A stretch of DNA of 63,478 nucleotides, filler included, from Diploschistes diacapsis (lineage: Eukaryota), in NCBI GenBank assembly GCA_023645945.1. It is 11 parts of 11 records of this genome, joined end to end, with 100 filler letters (N's around TTAATTAATTAA, not from the genome) between each part and the next. Parts side by side here need not be neighbours in the genome. Positions count along the whole stretch, not along the records: positions 23,535 to 25,284 come from JALAIB010002664.1; positions 25,385 to 27,133 come from JALAIB010002665.1; positions 27,234 to 28,982 come from JALAIB010002666.1; positions 29,083 to 30,828 come from JALAIB010002667.1; positions 30,929 to 32,673 come from JALAIB010002668.1; positions 32,774 to 34,518 come from JALAIB010002669.1; 5 more parts are not named here. The stretch is one strand, 5' to 3'. The position numbers and the translations under genes were made by a program. Below, in pieces: positions 23,535 through 34,618 of the stretch (its first letter is position 1; each line of letters opens with the position of its first letter). Below the pieces are notes generated by a model. That model was not told the DNA's origin. It saw only the letters and a list, made by a program, of their open reading frames with translations, and ran no database searches.

Positions 23535-24292
23535 ATATAATATTTTAAAAATGATTATAGGCGGTAATATTTCGTTAATAATTAAAATATATTCGATCGT
23601 AGTTATTTATTTTTATTTATTTTTAATAATTTTTTAATTCGAGTCTATTCTACTCGAAACGAAGGTTTTAAATAAAAATATTATTAATATTAAAATCTGA
23701 TTAGTTTATATTATAGATATATTCGGGCGCGTATTGTTTTTTATTATATTAAACTATTATTATATCGAATTATCGTTATATAGTCTCGTAATTTATCGTA
23801 TTAAATTTATTCGATTCGATTTATCTCGTTTAATATTAATAATTTTAGGAAATCGTTTGCGAAATCGCGATACTTAATTTTTATCGATAGGTTAAAGATT
23901 TGCGATCGTGATTTCTAAACTTTAAACCGAATCGGATCCTTTCGCGTCGAATTTCTTTAATTATTTCTATTATTAACGTAGGCGATGTAGGAAAGCCGGT
24001 TTATATAAGACGTGTAATCTATCGTATTAATGTTTTTCTTTTAGATTCAAGAAGATTTAAGTCGATTCATAATGGTCGATCGAGGTATTTTAAATGCGCG
24101 GGCGGTCGCTCGAATGCTGGTATATTCTTAAGAATTTAGAGCATATAGACAGTCATTAATGTCCGATTTTAATAATATCGAGTCGTTTCGATGCGAAGCG
24201 GCCATTGTCGAGAAAAACCGAAAGAATGGTGAATATCGCAATGTGAGGTGGCCCAGATGGGGGGGTGGCCCAGATGACCGTGAAACACGTTA
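23535..24292 (-). mobile_element. RIP-degenerated Pot2/Fot1-like (pogo, Tc1/mariner) DNA transposon, 5' end with TIR
   Basis: TIR at 24247-24290 reads TA|ACGTGTTTCACGGTCATCTGGGCCACCCCCCCATCTGGGCCACC on the - strand, with an internal direct repeat and TA target. From 24205 the decayed transposase reads MAASH...YTSIRATARAFKIPRSTIMNRL, then EKTLIR*ITRL..GFPTSP (HTH regions) with many stops. Confidence 0.85.
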
Positions 24293-25284
24293 TAAAAATC
24301 TATCTAGTAAAATTGGCTATAAGATACCGTAATAGTTAAAAAGGATGTCGAAATTTTTGTTTTAAATTTAAAATTATAATCCGAAATCTTTTTAAGTAGG
24401 ATATCCTTTTCGGTCGAGAGACGGTTACTATCTTTATCTATAGATTATCGGAAAAAGAAGTTTAAAAGCTATTGTATAAGTATCCGGTTTTAAAGCATAA
24501 TTTTAGGTCTTATGACTTTAAAGCGATCATTAAGTGTGTACGAGGATAGTATAATGAAAATCTTAACTTCCGTATCTTTCGATTTTAAGGAGATACTGGA
24601 TTTATATAAGATATTCTCGATAAGTAATATAACTTGAAGAGACACGCGCTTCCTCAAGATAAAAAAAATAAGATTAATAATATGAAACTTAAGGGAAATT
24701 TAAAAGACTTCTCGAAAGATCTTATAGACAAATTTATAAAGAAGAATAAGGATATGTAAAAAAAAAAGAAGAAAAGAATAATAAGAGAATTTAATAACAT
24801 GGTTTTGGGAGCATGAATTAATCACGTATTTCTTATTAATAGTCTATATCGGCCTTTTATTCTTAACGCGTCTTATTCAGCTTCTATTAAGTCTTAATAA
24901 TTTTAAGTAGCTCGTCTTCCGTCAACTTAAATTAATCAAAATAGATTATTTTAGGGTATTATATTTAATTGAGGCCCTATAATCTATTACTTTTATTAAA
25001 AGGATGGTTATTATAAGATACGTTATTTATTATTACAGCCGCTTTTTCAAAATAAGGACATCTATATGAAAAAAACAAGAGTTTCGTTGATTCTAATGGT
25101 TATCCGTAAACGTAATAGGCCAATCTTTCTAAGTAGAGCACGATGATTAAAAAACTTATATCTTAGGTTAATAATTGGAAAAAGACGTATAAGAATAAAG
25201 CCTCTTCGAATTCTCGTTTTCCATAATAGGTCCAGATTAGGTCTTTATTCCAATTACAAATTTATAATATGGTTAATACTCGAT
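24293..25284. mobile_element. Unidentified AT-rich RIP-type repeat remnant hosting the pogo insertion
   Basis: AT-rich and TpA-rich with no ORF; family not recognised. Confidence 0.35.
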
Positions 25285-25384
25285 NNNNNNNNNNNNNNNN
25301 NNNNNNNNNNNNNNNNNNNNNNNNNNNNTTAATTAATTAANNNNNNNNNNNNNNNNNNNNNNNNNNNNNNNNNNNNNNNNNNNN

Positions 25385-26199
25385 CCTCCTCCTCCGCAAC
25401 CGTCCCCCCGCCCGTCGCCGGCGCCGCTCCGGGCGGCGGCGCCTCCGTCCCCCACGGCGCGCACGCGGGTGTGGGCGGCTACTTCGACCAGGCGGGCAAC
25501 CCGGTTGGGCTGAAGGAGCGCAGCACGGTGGGGTCGGCGAGCGCGACGGGGTCGGCGGGCGGGCGCACGACGTGGGCGTCCGGGTCCGGCAGCGACGCGT
25601 ACGAGGCGGACAAGATGAGCGAGGGGGACAACGACGGGGTGAGCAGCGTGGGCGGGCTCAGCGACGAGGGCAACGCGAGCCTCGTCGGCTTCGGCGAGGG
25701 CGCGAACAGCACCGTCGAGGGGCCCGTGTCGAGTCTGCCGCTGCCGGGGGCGGGCGCGAATGCCGCGCGGATGGCGGGCAAGGGTGGTGCGGGAGGCGTC
25801 GGTGGCGTTGCGGGCGAGAGGGCGAAGATGATCGATGGGGTGACGTATGATAAGGGGGTTGTGGATACGGCGGGGCGGAGCCCGTTGCCTGCTGCGAATT
25901 CTGCTGTTGCTGCTGCTGCTGCTGCTGCGGCGGCGGCGGCGGGGGTGAGCGGATCGAGTGCAGGCGGATCCGGAATGGGCGTGGGCGTGGGCGCAGGCGG
26001 TATCGTCATGGGCACACCGGGCAGCAACCAGGGCACGCCGGCGCCACGCCACGCAGGGCTCAGCGGGACGGAGACGGCGGAGCGGATCGTGCAGGAGAGG
26101 CTGGACCACGGCGGGCGCGCGGACGGGGACGGGGACGTGCAGATGGGCGAGGCGGGGGAGCAGGCGCCGGGACTGGGGCGGTTCGGTTTCGAGAAGTAG
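25385..26199 (+). CDS. 3' part of a Gly/Ala/Ser-rich hypothetical protein (5' truncated by the contig start)
   Basis: Open GC3-rich frame running from the contig start to TAG at 26197-26199. It contains DKMSEGDNDGVSSVGGLSDEGNASLVGFGEGANST and AKMIDGVTYD, which resemble a conserved uncharacterised Pezizomycotina protein. Confidence 0.7.
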
Positions 26200-26813
26200 C
26201 TATTCTAGGGGCCGGCCGATGCGGTTTCCTTTGATCGCTCGGACTGATGTGTATCTGGGCTCAAGGGGGGAATGAATGCAATGAGCTTTCAGCCGCAGGC
26301 TCCATCTTGATGCCGTCGCTCCCTACCTACCCATCAGGATGCAGTGGGTTTCTTGGTTGGGGCCGGTTGGGAGCGCGGGCGTTTAACCGTGTACTTGTAT
26401 TTTTTGGGTTGCATGGGGGTGAATACGAGTTTGAGGTTGATACGAGTTAGTTTATGCTTTGGACAGTTTACCAGCGCTGTTCGAGACCCCATGTGCGGTG
26501 TTGTGGCCCTAATGTCATCATCGCCTTGCTATATCATTAGGTAAAGTCCAGGCTTGACCTACGCGTGTGAACGGGCATCATATTCTCAAAGTTCCACGAA
26601 AGCATACCAACGGGTCGGCTCACTCTCTCTCCCTTTTCATACACTTGGGATCATCCATCCATTTCAATTTTATTAGTAAACCAAACCAAAGTGGAGTAAG
26701 ACTCCCTCCTTTTCACGTTCTGCTTAGTCCAAATCACCCATCCCGCCTCAACCCCTACCGCTCCCCCCAAACCCATATCCATCCTCATCCCAGAACAAAA
26801 GCCCCAGCACGAA

Positions 26814-27077
26814 TCAATGCGTGAACCGAAAATCCAACCTTTTGTTCCCACCCCCCACTACTCCCTTATCGCCTCTATCCCCGCCGCCCCTCGCGAACCC
26901 GCTCAAATAGCCCTCCCTCTCCGCGCTCGACATGGCCTGCCACTTCCTCTCCCGCACGCGGTTGCGCCACGAGTAGTAGCATTTTGCGCCGACGATGAGC
27001 GCGATGTTCCACGCCGTCACGCCAAGCAGGATTTTGTTGCCCGTGTAGTAGTACGGGCCATCGGCGGTGCGGTAGAT
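26814..27077 (-). CDS. Last exon of an MFS transporter, allantoate permease (Dal5/ACS) family
   Basis: After a CAG acceptor it reads IYRTADGPYYYTGNKILLG...YYSWRNRVRERKW...GNKRLDFRFTH*, the typical C-terminus of this family. Confidence 0.8.
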   Translation of the reverse strand: MYRTADGPYYYTGNKILLGVTAWNIALIVGAKCYYSWRNRVRERKWQAMSSAEREGYLSGFARGGGDRGDKGVVGGGNKRLDFRFTH

Positions 27078-27233
27078 CTGGGGTGTTTTTGAGTTAAAGG
27101 GACAAACGAAGAGAGTGGGAGGAAGAGAATATTNNNNNNNNNNNNNNNNNNNNNNNNNNNNNNNNNNNNNNNNNNNNTTAATTAATTAANNNNNNNNNNN
27201 NNNNNNNNNNNNNNNNNNNNNNNNNNNNNNNNN

Positions 27234-27311
27234 CATCACGTGACCCCTGGTCCCGTGACTGACCTATATATAAAGCTGGGACGTGCCAAGTCTGGTACTT
27301 GGATCGTAACA
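27234..27311 (-). mobile_element. End of a Gypsy-like LTR (TGTTACGATCCA family)
   Basis: The reverse complement starts TGTTACGATCCAAG...TATATATAG...GGGTCACGTGA, related to the LTRs at 60278-60735, 61906-62359 and 63108-63478. Confidence 0.6.
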
Positions 27312-28439
27312 AACATCTTCTCGATATATATTTCTTGATCTAGAATTAATTTAACTAAACTTATTGAACCTGAACCTGAACCTAAACTACGCTATCGTTG
27401 AATTCTTATGCCTAAGAGCTTTTTAATCTTTTTTAGATCTTTAATTTTATAGCGTTTAGCCAGTGCTTTTTTAAATTAGTATACATCATGCAGGTCCGGC
27501 GTTGCTATGATAATATCGTTCACGTAAATGTTACTCACTAGCTTTTAGTTTCGCAAAATGAAAACGTAGAAATTAGCATTAAATCGAACGAATCTTAAGT
27601 TTAAAATTATAATGCCGTATTTTTTATATTAATATTTAGCTGTCTATTTTAGGCTATATAAGCTTTTATTAATTTTAAATACGGTGCCTTTTGAGATGCT
27701 ATATTCTTTTAATACGGTTATATAGATTTAATGCGTTAATAATGTTTCGGTAAAGGCGTTATTAACGTCCATTTAATAATATTTTAAATCTTTAGTTATT
27801 ATAATTATTAATAGGATCCGTAGCGAATTGGCTCGAATAATAAAAACAAATGTCATATCGAAATCGATCTCTTATCTTTACGAGAACCCTTTTGCGACTA
27901 ATCTGGCCCTGAACCCCTCGATGTCCTTATTAAATTATACTTTTCGATATTAATGGGTTCAGATGGTTCAGATAATTCAGTCTAGGTCTAATTCAGTAAT
28001 AAAAAGTCGATTTTTCTTTTTACTACTACTTCCCATTCTTACCCGAAAATTGGATCATTCACGGCCTGCCTATAATTCCTTAAAATACTAACACGCGTCG
28101 ATTTTAAATTAACGTGGCTCGTTATCTTCTATTCATTAACTATAAACGTCATATAACTTCTTAATATTTTAATTGATAAGAATTACTCGACATCTCGCTA
28201 TCGTTTATTAATAATAATATTCGTGTTATATAACTTTTTAATGCCTTAAACATTTATAATCATTAAAACGTCGTTCGTGTTATTTATTACTTAAGAATCC
28301 TATGTGCTAAACGTTATTAATATAACGTTGATAAATATTGCATACGTAATTAAATTGTCAATAACGTGTTTAATACTCGTTATTAACGTAAGAAGCTTTA
28401 ATAATATATTCGGTTCTATAAATTCAGATTCAGATTTAG

Positions 28440-28610
28440 TGTAACAGCGGGGGTAGTGCCTAATAGGTAGCAACTATCCCACTGAGCCACAAGACTGAAC
28501 ACAATGCTTTCAGGAACCCCGAAGCACTGTTTCCCTATTACACTATATGTAGGTGCGTGGCTGTGGCAGCAGGGGGACCTGAACCCCAGGGCGCACCTTT
28601 GGGCGTTACA
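28440..28610. mobile_element. 171-bp solo LTR with a 5-bp target-site duplication
   Basis: Termini TGTAAC...GTTACA form a perfect 6-bp inverted repeat. TTTAG flanks both sides (28435-28439, 28611-28615). It is much more GC-rich than its surroundings. Confidence 0.85.
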
Positions 28611-29082
28611 TTTAGATTCACGTATTACTCTTTTTCTAAAAACCTCGACTTATAAGAATCTCCTTATTAACTGTTGGAATATAAACATGAACTGCTGCTA
28701 GCGAAGTGGTGCGCATCTTTTGGCGTAGTGGTTTAGTTCAACATTAACCGTCGGCCATCCTTATCTAATTCGGGTTAATCATAGGGAACGAAAGCAGAAG
28801 CTTTTAGGATATTATAATCTACCGTAAGTCTAGATAATAAAGGTTTAATATCGTTTAACTAAATCTTTACTTTTATCGTTATTACGTTTTTAACGCCTTC
28901 GATACTAAATACTTATATTATTTATCGGTGTTAATATATCCAATTTAATATATCCAATTATTATATTTAGTCTCGCCCTATCNNNNNNNNNNNNNNNNNN
29001 NNNNNNNNNNNNNNNNNNNNNNNNNNTTAATTAATTAANNNNNNNNNNNNNNNNNNNNNNNNNNNNNNNNNNNNNNNNNNNN

Positions 29083-29648
29083 ATATTAGTTATCTTAATC
29101 TTATAGGACTATTTTTATATATTATTAATTTATTCGGTAATAAAATTGGTTTTTTAAATCTGATAAAACACTCGAGAATTAATGATCGTTTAAAACACGT
29201 CGATATTATTTATTATTATATACGAGATCTTGTTAAGTAAGAACCTATTAGGATATTTTATGTTTTTATCGATAAAATGATTATTGACGGGCTTATAAAG
29301 TTATTAAATTATTTAAAACACGACGTTTTTATTAAGGAACTCGGCCTAATTTAAAAGATATTTAATTAGATTATATAGATATATTAGACGATTCCGTTTG
29401 TAGGGGAATGTTGAATAAATAAATAGAAGGTATGGCTGAGAATTCGATTAAATTTTAGTCGGGAGTTCAGTTCGGTTGAATTCCGAGGTTCAGTTTAATT
29501 AAACCTTCTGGGACTCTGACTAGACCGATCAGGAATAATGTTAATAATAAGATTTAGCGGAACCTGTAGGGTATAAAAGTCTGCGTAGTAGGATATCTTT
29601 ATAGGATAAGACCTCTAAACTTCAATATATCCATTACGTTGCTAAACA
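29083..29648 (+). mobile_element. 3' end of a RIP-degenerated Ty1/Copia retrotransposon: RNase H end, PPT and 240-bp 3' LTR (29409-29648)
   Basis: DRLKHVDIIYYYIRDLV...KMIIDGLIKLL...ELGLI* fits the Copia RNase H consensus KHIDIxYHxIRD...MxADGLTKPL. Polypurine AGGGGAA precedes TGTTGA...AAACA. Confidence 0.85.
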
Positions 29649-29821
29649 AGAAGGAATAATCTATATACAAGCTCTTATACTAATAGGATCTATTAAGCCC
29701 TATAGATTTGCACTACTCCCGATTAGGATTAACAGGAACCCCAGTAGGTTCAGCTGAACTGAACCTGAACCTGAGGTTCAGCTGAACTTCCCAGCCATGC
29801 ATTCTGCCTGCCTGCTCAACA
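29649..29821 (-). mobile_element. Truncated related Copia LTR (starts TGTTGAGCAGGCAGGCAGAATGCATGGCTGGG)
   Basis: Its terminus is nearly identical to that at 30342 and to the RIP-mutated terminus at 29409. Confidence 0.7.
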
Positions 29822-30342
29822 TATATAAATAAAGATTTAGATCCAAGTACTTCTTATTTAAGCCTACTTTTGGCCAGCGTAATAAGGTCCCGCGATCTTT
29901 TATAATAATATATTTTTTATTTTTGAATCGGCTTACTTTAAGATCTTATAATTTAGATCCTAGGCTTTCGGATCTCTTCGATTTAATTTACGTTAAATAA
30001 CGTAATCGGTACTCGCGTTCATGTCCGTATTAATTACCGGGAGACGTAATTTTAATAAACGATTAAACGTAATAAAATAAATATAAATCCGGGCTCATAA
30101 TCTATTTAATAACGTAATAGATATATTAAAGTCTAGAAATCTTATTCTATAAAGATATCCTATTATACAGACTTTTATATCCTACAGGTTCCGTTAAGCC
30201 TTATTATTAATATTATTCTCGATCGATCTAATTAGAGTTTTAAAAAATTCAGCTAAACTGAACCTCGGAGTTCAGCTAAACTGAACCACCGACTGGAACT
30301 CAGTCGAACTCCCAGCCATGCCTTCTGCCTGTCTGCTCAACA
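29822..30342 (-). mobile_element. Copia 5' LTR (30342-30103) with primer-binding site and start of the internal region
   Basis: Reverse complement of the 29409-29648 LTR, followed by GATTATGAGCCC (30102-30091). This is one transition from the GGTTATGAGCCC tRNA-iMet half-molecule PBS of fungal Copia elements. Confidence 0.8.
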
Positions 30343-30699
30343 TTAAGTATAATTAATTAACTTATCTATTTAGATATTAGATTCTTATTCGAAGTCGACG
30401 AATTAAAATCGAAAGAAAAATACTTTATTTAAATATTAAACCTTATCATTTAGAATCTTCGATAGATTATAATATTTTAAAAGTTTTTACTTTTTATGAT
30501 CGTCCTGAACCAGATGATGATGGTCGACGATTAATAAAATAAAAGAACGTTTTTAGATTTTAATATTCTACGTTTAAGATATATTATATTCCTTTTTTTT
30601 CTATATTGTCGGAGTAAAAGGTTATGTAAAATAAGGTTTACGAAATAATCGTTAACGGCATTACGACGCTTAGGACAGCGTTGTTATATTACGAAATAT

Positions 30700-30828
30700 A
30701 ACGTCTTTATTAAAGATAATCGGTTTTAATCGAAAAGATATTTAAATAAATTAATATGCTGGATAATTCCGTCTATAGGAAAATGTTGAATAAATAGACG
30801 GAAGGTATAGCTGTAAAGTCGGCTTATT
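30700..30828 (+). mobile_element. Another 3' end (PPT plus LTR start at 30784) of the same Copia family
   Basis: ATTCCGTCTATAGGAAAA-TGTTGAATAAATAGACGGAAGGTATAGCTG parallels 29391-29438. Confidence 0.7.
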
Positions 30829-30928
30829 NNNNNNNNNNNNNNNNNNNNNNNNNNNNNNNNNNNNNNNNNNNNTTAATTAATTAANNNNNNNNNNNNNNNN
30901 NNNNNNNNNNNNNNNNNNNNNNNNNNNN

Positions 30929-31270
30929 TATTAATAATTCTCGTAGGAATAAAATAACGGTATCAGTTAGATTTACGATTACTACCGATCTTCTAATATC
31001 TCTAAATATAATCGCGGCCTTTCGTTTTTTTCCCGTTATTTTACCGGACCATCATTTTATTAAAAAAAGAAAATTTAGAATTATAAAGGATAAAATATAA
31101 TAATATAATAATATAATATTCATACTTATAATATTCATAAACTAATCTTTAGAAAAGAAAAGATGAGATCTTTTTATAAAAACTCCTCTTATATGGACCT
31201 ACGGACTTAGCGCGGCGCTAGGGCTGAGTTCCTCCGCTCGCCCGGAGGACTGTCACAGTTATCTGTTACA
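30929..31270. mobile_element. Probable LTR remnant interrupting the adjacent pogo element
   Basis: A GC-rich end ...CTGTCACAGTTATCTGTTACA abuts the point where homology to the 23535-24292 pogo copy begins. The other terminus was not identified. Confidence 0.45.
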
Positions 31271-31747
31271 GTTTGCGAAATCGCGATACCTAATTTTTGT
31301 CGATAGATTAAAGATTCGCGATCGTGATTTCTAGATTTAAATCGAATTAAATTCTTTCGCGTTGAATCTTTTCGGTCATTTCTATTATTAACGTAGGCGA
31401 TGTAAGAAAATTAGTTTATATAAAACGTATAATCTATCGTATTAATATCGTTTTTTTTAATTTAAAAGAATTTGAATCGTTTCGTGGTTACTAAAGCGAG
31501 ATTAAGTTTTATTGAATCGATTTAAAATAACCGATCGAGATATTTTAAATACACGGGCAGTTGCTCGAATGTTAATATATTATTAAAATTTTAGGGTTTA
31601 TAACTAGTCGTTGATATTAGATTTTATTAAAATTGAATTATTACTATACGAGGTAATCATTGTTAAAAAAGATCGAATATAAGATGAAAATAGTGATTTA
31701 AGGTGGCCGGAATCGGGGGGTGGCCGGAATCCCCGTGAAACACGTTA
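31271..31747 (-). mobile_element. Second copy (5' end with TIR) of the Pot2/Fot1-like element seen at 23855-24292
   Basis: Alignable with 23855-24290 (GTTTGCGAAATCGCGATAC...). TIR at 31702-31745 ends CCGTGAAACACGT|TA. Confidence 0.85.
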
Positions 31748-32673
31748 TATAAAGTTCCTCGTACGACGCTTATTACTCGACGCGATGATCGTACTTCAAG
31801 ACACCATATCTTAGCCAACTCAATGAATTTAACCGTGTTAAAAGAAGAGACGATTCTTAAACGTACGATTAATCTAATCGAATATAATTTTCCGCCGCAA
31901 TAGGACGACATACGCGACATAAGCAACTTAATGCACGTAGCTCGAAATACGCGGCCGGTCGGACCACGATAAGCATAAGATTTCGTACGAAGACAAGAAA
32001 TGCTTAAAATGCGATTTTATCGTAAAATCGATTATTAAAAAGCATTAATAACAACTGAAACACTTTCAGAATTATTCAAACCTTATACGATGAATAAATA
32101 TCGTTTATTAATCCTTGATGGTCATAATAAGCATCGTACGATCCATTTTATTAACTATTATAAGGATAATAACATTAATCCGCTATATATATCTCTTTAT
32201 TTATCCTATATTTTTTAATTTTTTAATATCGGATGTTTTAAACCGCTTAAGATTGCGTACGGTAAGGAAATCAAGCAAATAATGCGTACGTAAATTACGT
32301 ATATTATTAAAAACGACTTCTTTTTTACATTTAAACGGGTATTTTATGTAACTATAGGCCCAAAAAACATACGAATAGATTTTAAAGCCACTAAACTTAT
32401 TCCGTATGATATAAAAAAGGTAATTAATAATCTAGATTTTAAACTTCGTATATCTACGCCTTCGAACTCTCGTTCGACGAGTTCGGCATCTATTAACCTA
32501 AACACGCCCCGTACGGCGAAAGATGCTTTACGAGATTCTATAAATCTAAAATCTAGAATTATTAAATATTAAAACAGTTCTTTTATTTATTTATACGATT
32601 TAATTAATATATAAATTAAAGATATTTTTAAATAAACGTATAAAGTAATAATTTTTAAAATCGAGGTTAAGAC
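31748..32673 (+). mobile_element. Different RIP-degenerated Fot1/Pot2-like transposase pseudogene with an internal deletion
   Basis: Reads YKVPRTTL...EETIL...FPP...PVGPR*A*DFVRRQEMLKMRFYRKIDY*KAL, then almost immediately KYRLLILDGHNKH...GCFKPLKIAYG (DDE_1 motif RLLILDGH). Confidence 0.85.
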
Positions 32674-33441
32674 NNNNNNNNNNNNNNNNNNNNNNNNNNN
32701 NNNNNNNNNNNNNNNNNTTAATTAATTAANNNNNNNNNNNNNNNNNNNNNNNNNNNNNNNNNNNNNNNNNNNNAAACAAATGTGGCTGGGGAGGGGGATG
32801 ACTCCACAGGTACTTGTGGCTGCAGACAAATTTGGGTGATTGAGAAAGTATCTGTAGAACCATGGTACTCATCTTGTAATTTATGTGTACAGTAGGCAGA
32901 ATAGCACTTGCCGTAACGACGGACAAGGCCTCCAAAGTGGAAATGACTGTGACTGCATCTTTCCGCACTCGCTCCCCCTTTCACTTTTCTCCTATTACAC
33001 CAAACGAACCTAGTCTATCTCCGTTTGCTGAAGAATTGCTCAACCTAACTTAAGAAGGCGTTTCCGGTTGCTTACCTAGAAACTTGTATGGAAGGTGGGA
33101 ACTGTAGCATTGATGGAGCAAAGTCTTTTTTTTTTTTTTTTTGAATTGCTCTGTTCAATTTCTACTCTACAAGGCCATCCCAAGATCTATGAGACCGTGA
33201 AAGATCGAGTCGCCGTGGTTCTCATGGCCTCGTCATTCTTGTAAATATCTCCTCCAGTGCAAGATCTGCTGCCTGGCGCCTTCGTCCTCCCGAGTACATG
33301 GCAATATCTTATTGGTTGTAGCTGGTTGATTGGCTCCATCAATTTCAGCCACACACACACTGAATCCTTCCTTGCCTAGTTATACAGGCTAATGTTTTTT
33401 TTAAATCACCATCCACCTCCTTTTCCGTTCCACCACTCCCA

Positions 33442-34467
33442 CTAATCTCCCCGCCCGTCGAGCTCCGCAGCATAAGCCTTCTTCGTACCCCTGTTATTCC
33501 TCCTAGGGGGACTACCCAACCCTGGTGGGTTTGCCGCACTCATGCTTTCTTTCTGCTGGGCCGCCGTCCCTGTTGTCCGCAACGGCGAAGGGTATGTCGA
33601 GCTCGACGTTACCGGCGCAGACGGTAACTGCGCGCTCCGGCTCGGTGGGCTAGTGGGTGGCGGATAGTCGTACTTTGGCGCGGCCGTGACATACGGATTG
33701 TAGGTCGCTCCGAATCCGCCATTGGCCCCTTCACCAGGCCGGGAGTTGGACCCACCCTCTCCGCGAAGTGGTGAATACTGTTTCGAAAGTTGGGGACTGA
33801 CTTGATAGTCTTGATAATTGGATGAAGTGGTTGGCATGTCCGGTTCCTCGATTATGGGGATGGCGTTGCCAGCGGCGCTGTTCCTCTCGCTGGGGCCGTG
33901 AACTCGAGAGTAGGATTCGCGACGCTTTCCCCTTGTGCTGGCGCGGCGTAGGAGACCGTACACCTCGTCAATGTCTTGGTTTCGTTGCAGGTCGCTTGGG
34001 GCCGCGAGATGGGGAGAGTTGAGTTTTGAGCTGGGTGTTCGATTGATGGGGGAGGAATTGTCCGATTGCCAATCCTGGGCCAAGTCGGCTGCAGGGGAAC
34101 GAGAATTGAGCTCATTCAGGGCGTTGGTTTCGCTAACGGGGCCGATCTGATAGGAGCGACTGCGCAGTGCTGCGTCTGGATTGCTACCCGTCTGTGCTCC
34201 GGTTGATGCACCGAGGTCGTTCCAGGATTTCGACGAGGCCTTAGTAGTCTTCATGCGCTGCTCGGATTTAGCCTTGGCAAATTTCTCGCGAGCTGCCGCC
34301 GCCGCTTCGTCGCTGATAGCAACGGAATAGGAGGGTTGATCGGCCGAGCCTAGTGCAGCTCCTCCCCCTCCTGGCGCAAAGATCGGAACCTTACGAAGGG
34401 CCAGAACAAGGGCGCACATGAATTTGGACCGGCGAGCGGCGGCTACCGCACCGTTGGACCAGTTCGC
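33442..34467 (-). CDS. Last exon of an MscS-like mechanosensitive ion channel (Msy1/Msy2 family)
   Basis: After CTGAC...CAG it reads ANWSNGAVAAARRSKFMCALVLALRKVPIFAPGGG, the conserved end of the fungal MscS-like domain, followed by a long disordered tail. Confidence 0.8.
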   Translation of the reverse strand, partial: ANWSNGAVAAARRSKFMCALVLALRKVPIFAPGGGGAALGSADQPSYSVAISDEAAAAAREKFAKAKSEQRMKTTKASSKSWNDLGASTGAQTGSNPDAALRSRSYQIGPVSETNALNELNSRSPAADLAQDWQSDNSSPINRTPSSKLNSPHLAAPSDLQRNQDIDEVYGLLRRASTRGKRRESYSRVHGPSERNSAAGNAIPIIEEPDMPTTSSNYQDYQVSPQLSKQYSPLRGEGGSNSRPGEGANGGFGATYNPYVTAAPKYDYPPPTSPPSRSAQLPSAPVTSSSTYPSPLRTTGTAAQQKESMSAANPPGLGSPPRRNNRGTKKAYAAELDGRGD

Positions 34468-34618
34468 CTGCGGTTGAGGTCAGTAAGATATATCTTTTCG
34501 GGGGGGGGGGGGGGGGGGNNNNNNNNNNNNNNNNNNNNNNNNNNNNNNNNNNNNNNNNNNNNTTAATTAATTAANNNNNNNNNNNNNNNNNNNNNNNNNN
34601 NNNNNNNNNNNNNNNNNN

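Noticed and set aside
28715..28750. TGGCGTAGTGG followed by GTTCAAC as Pol III A/B boxes (tRNA or SINE)
   Set aside because: The boxes are almost adjacent and no cloverleaf can be formed.
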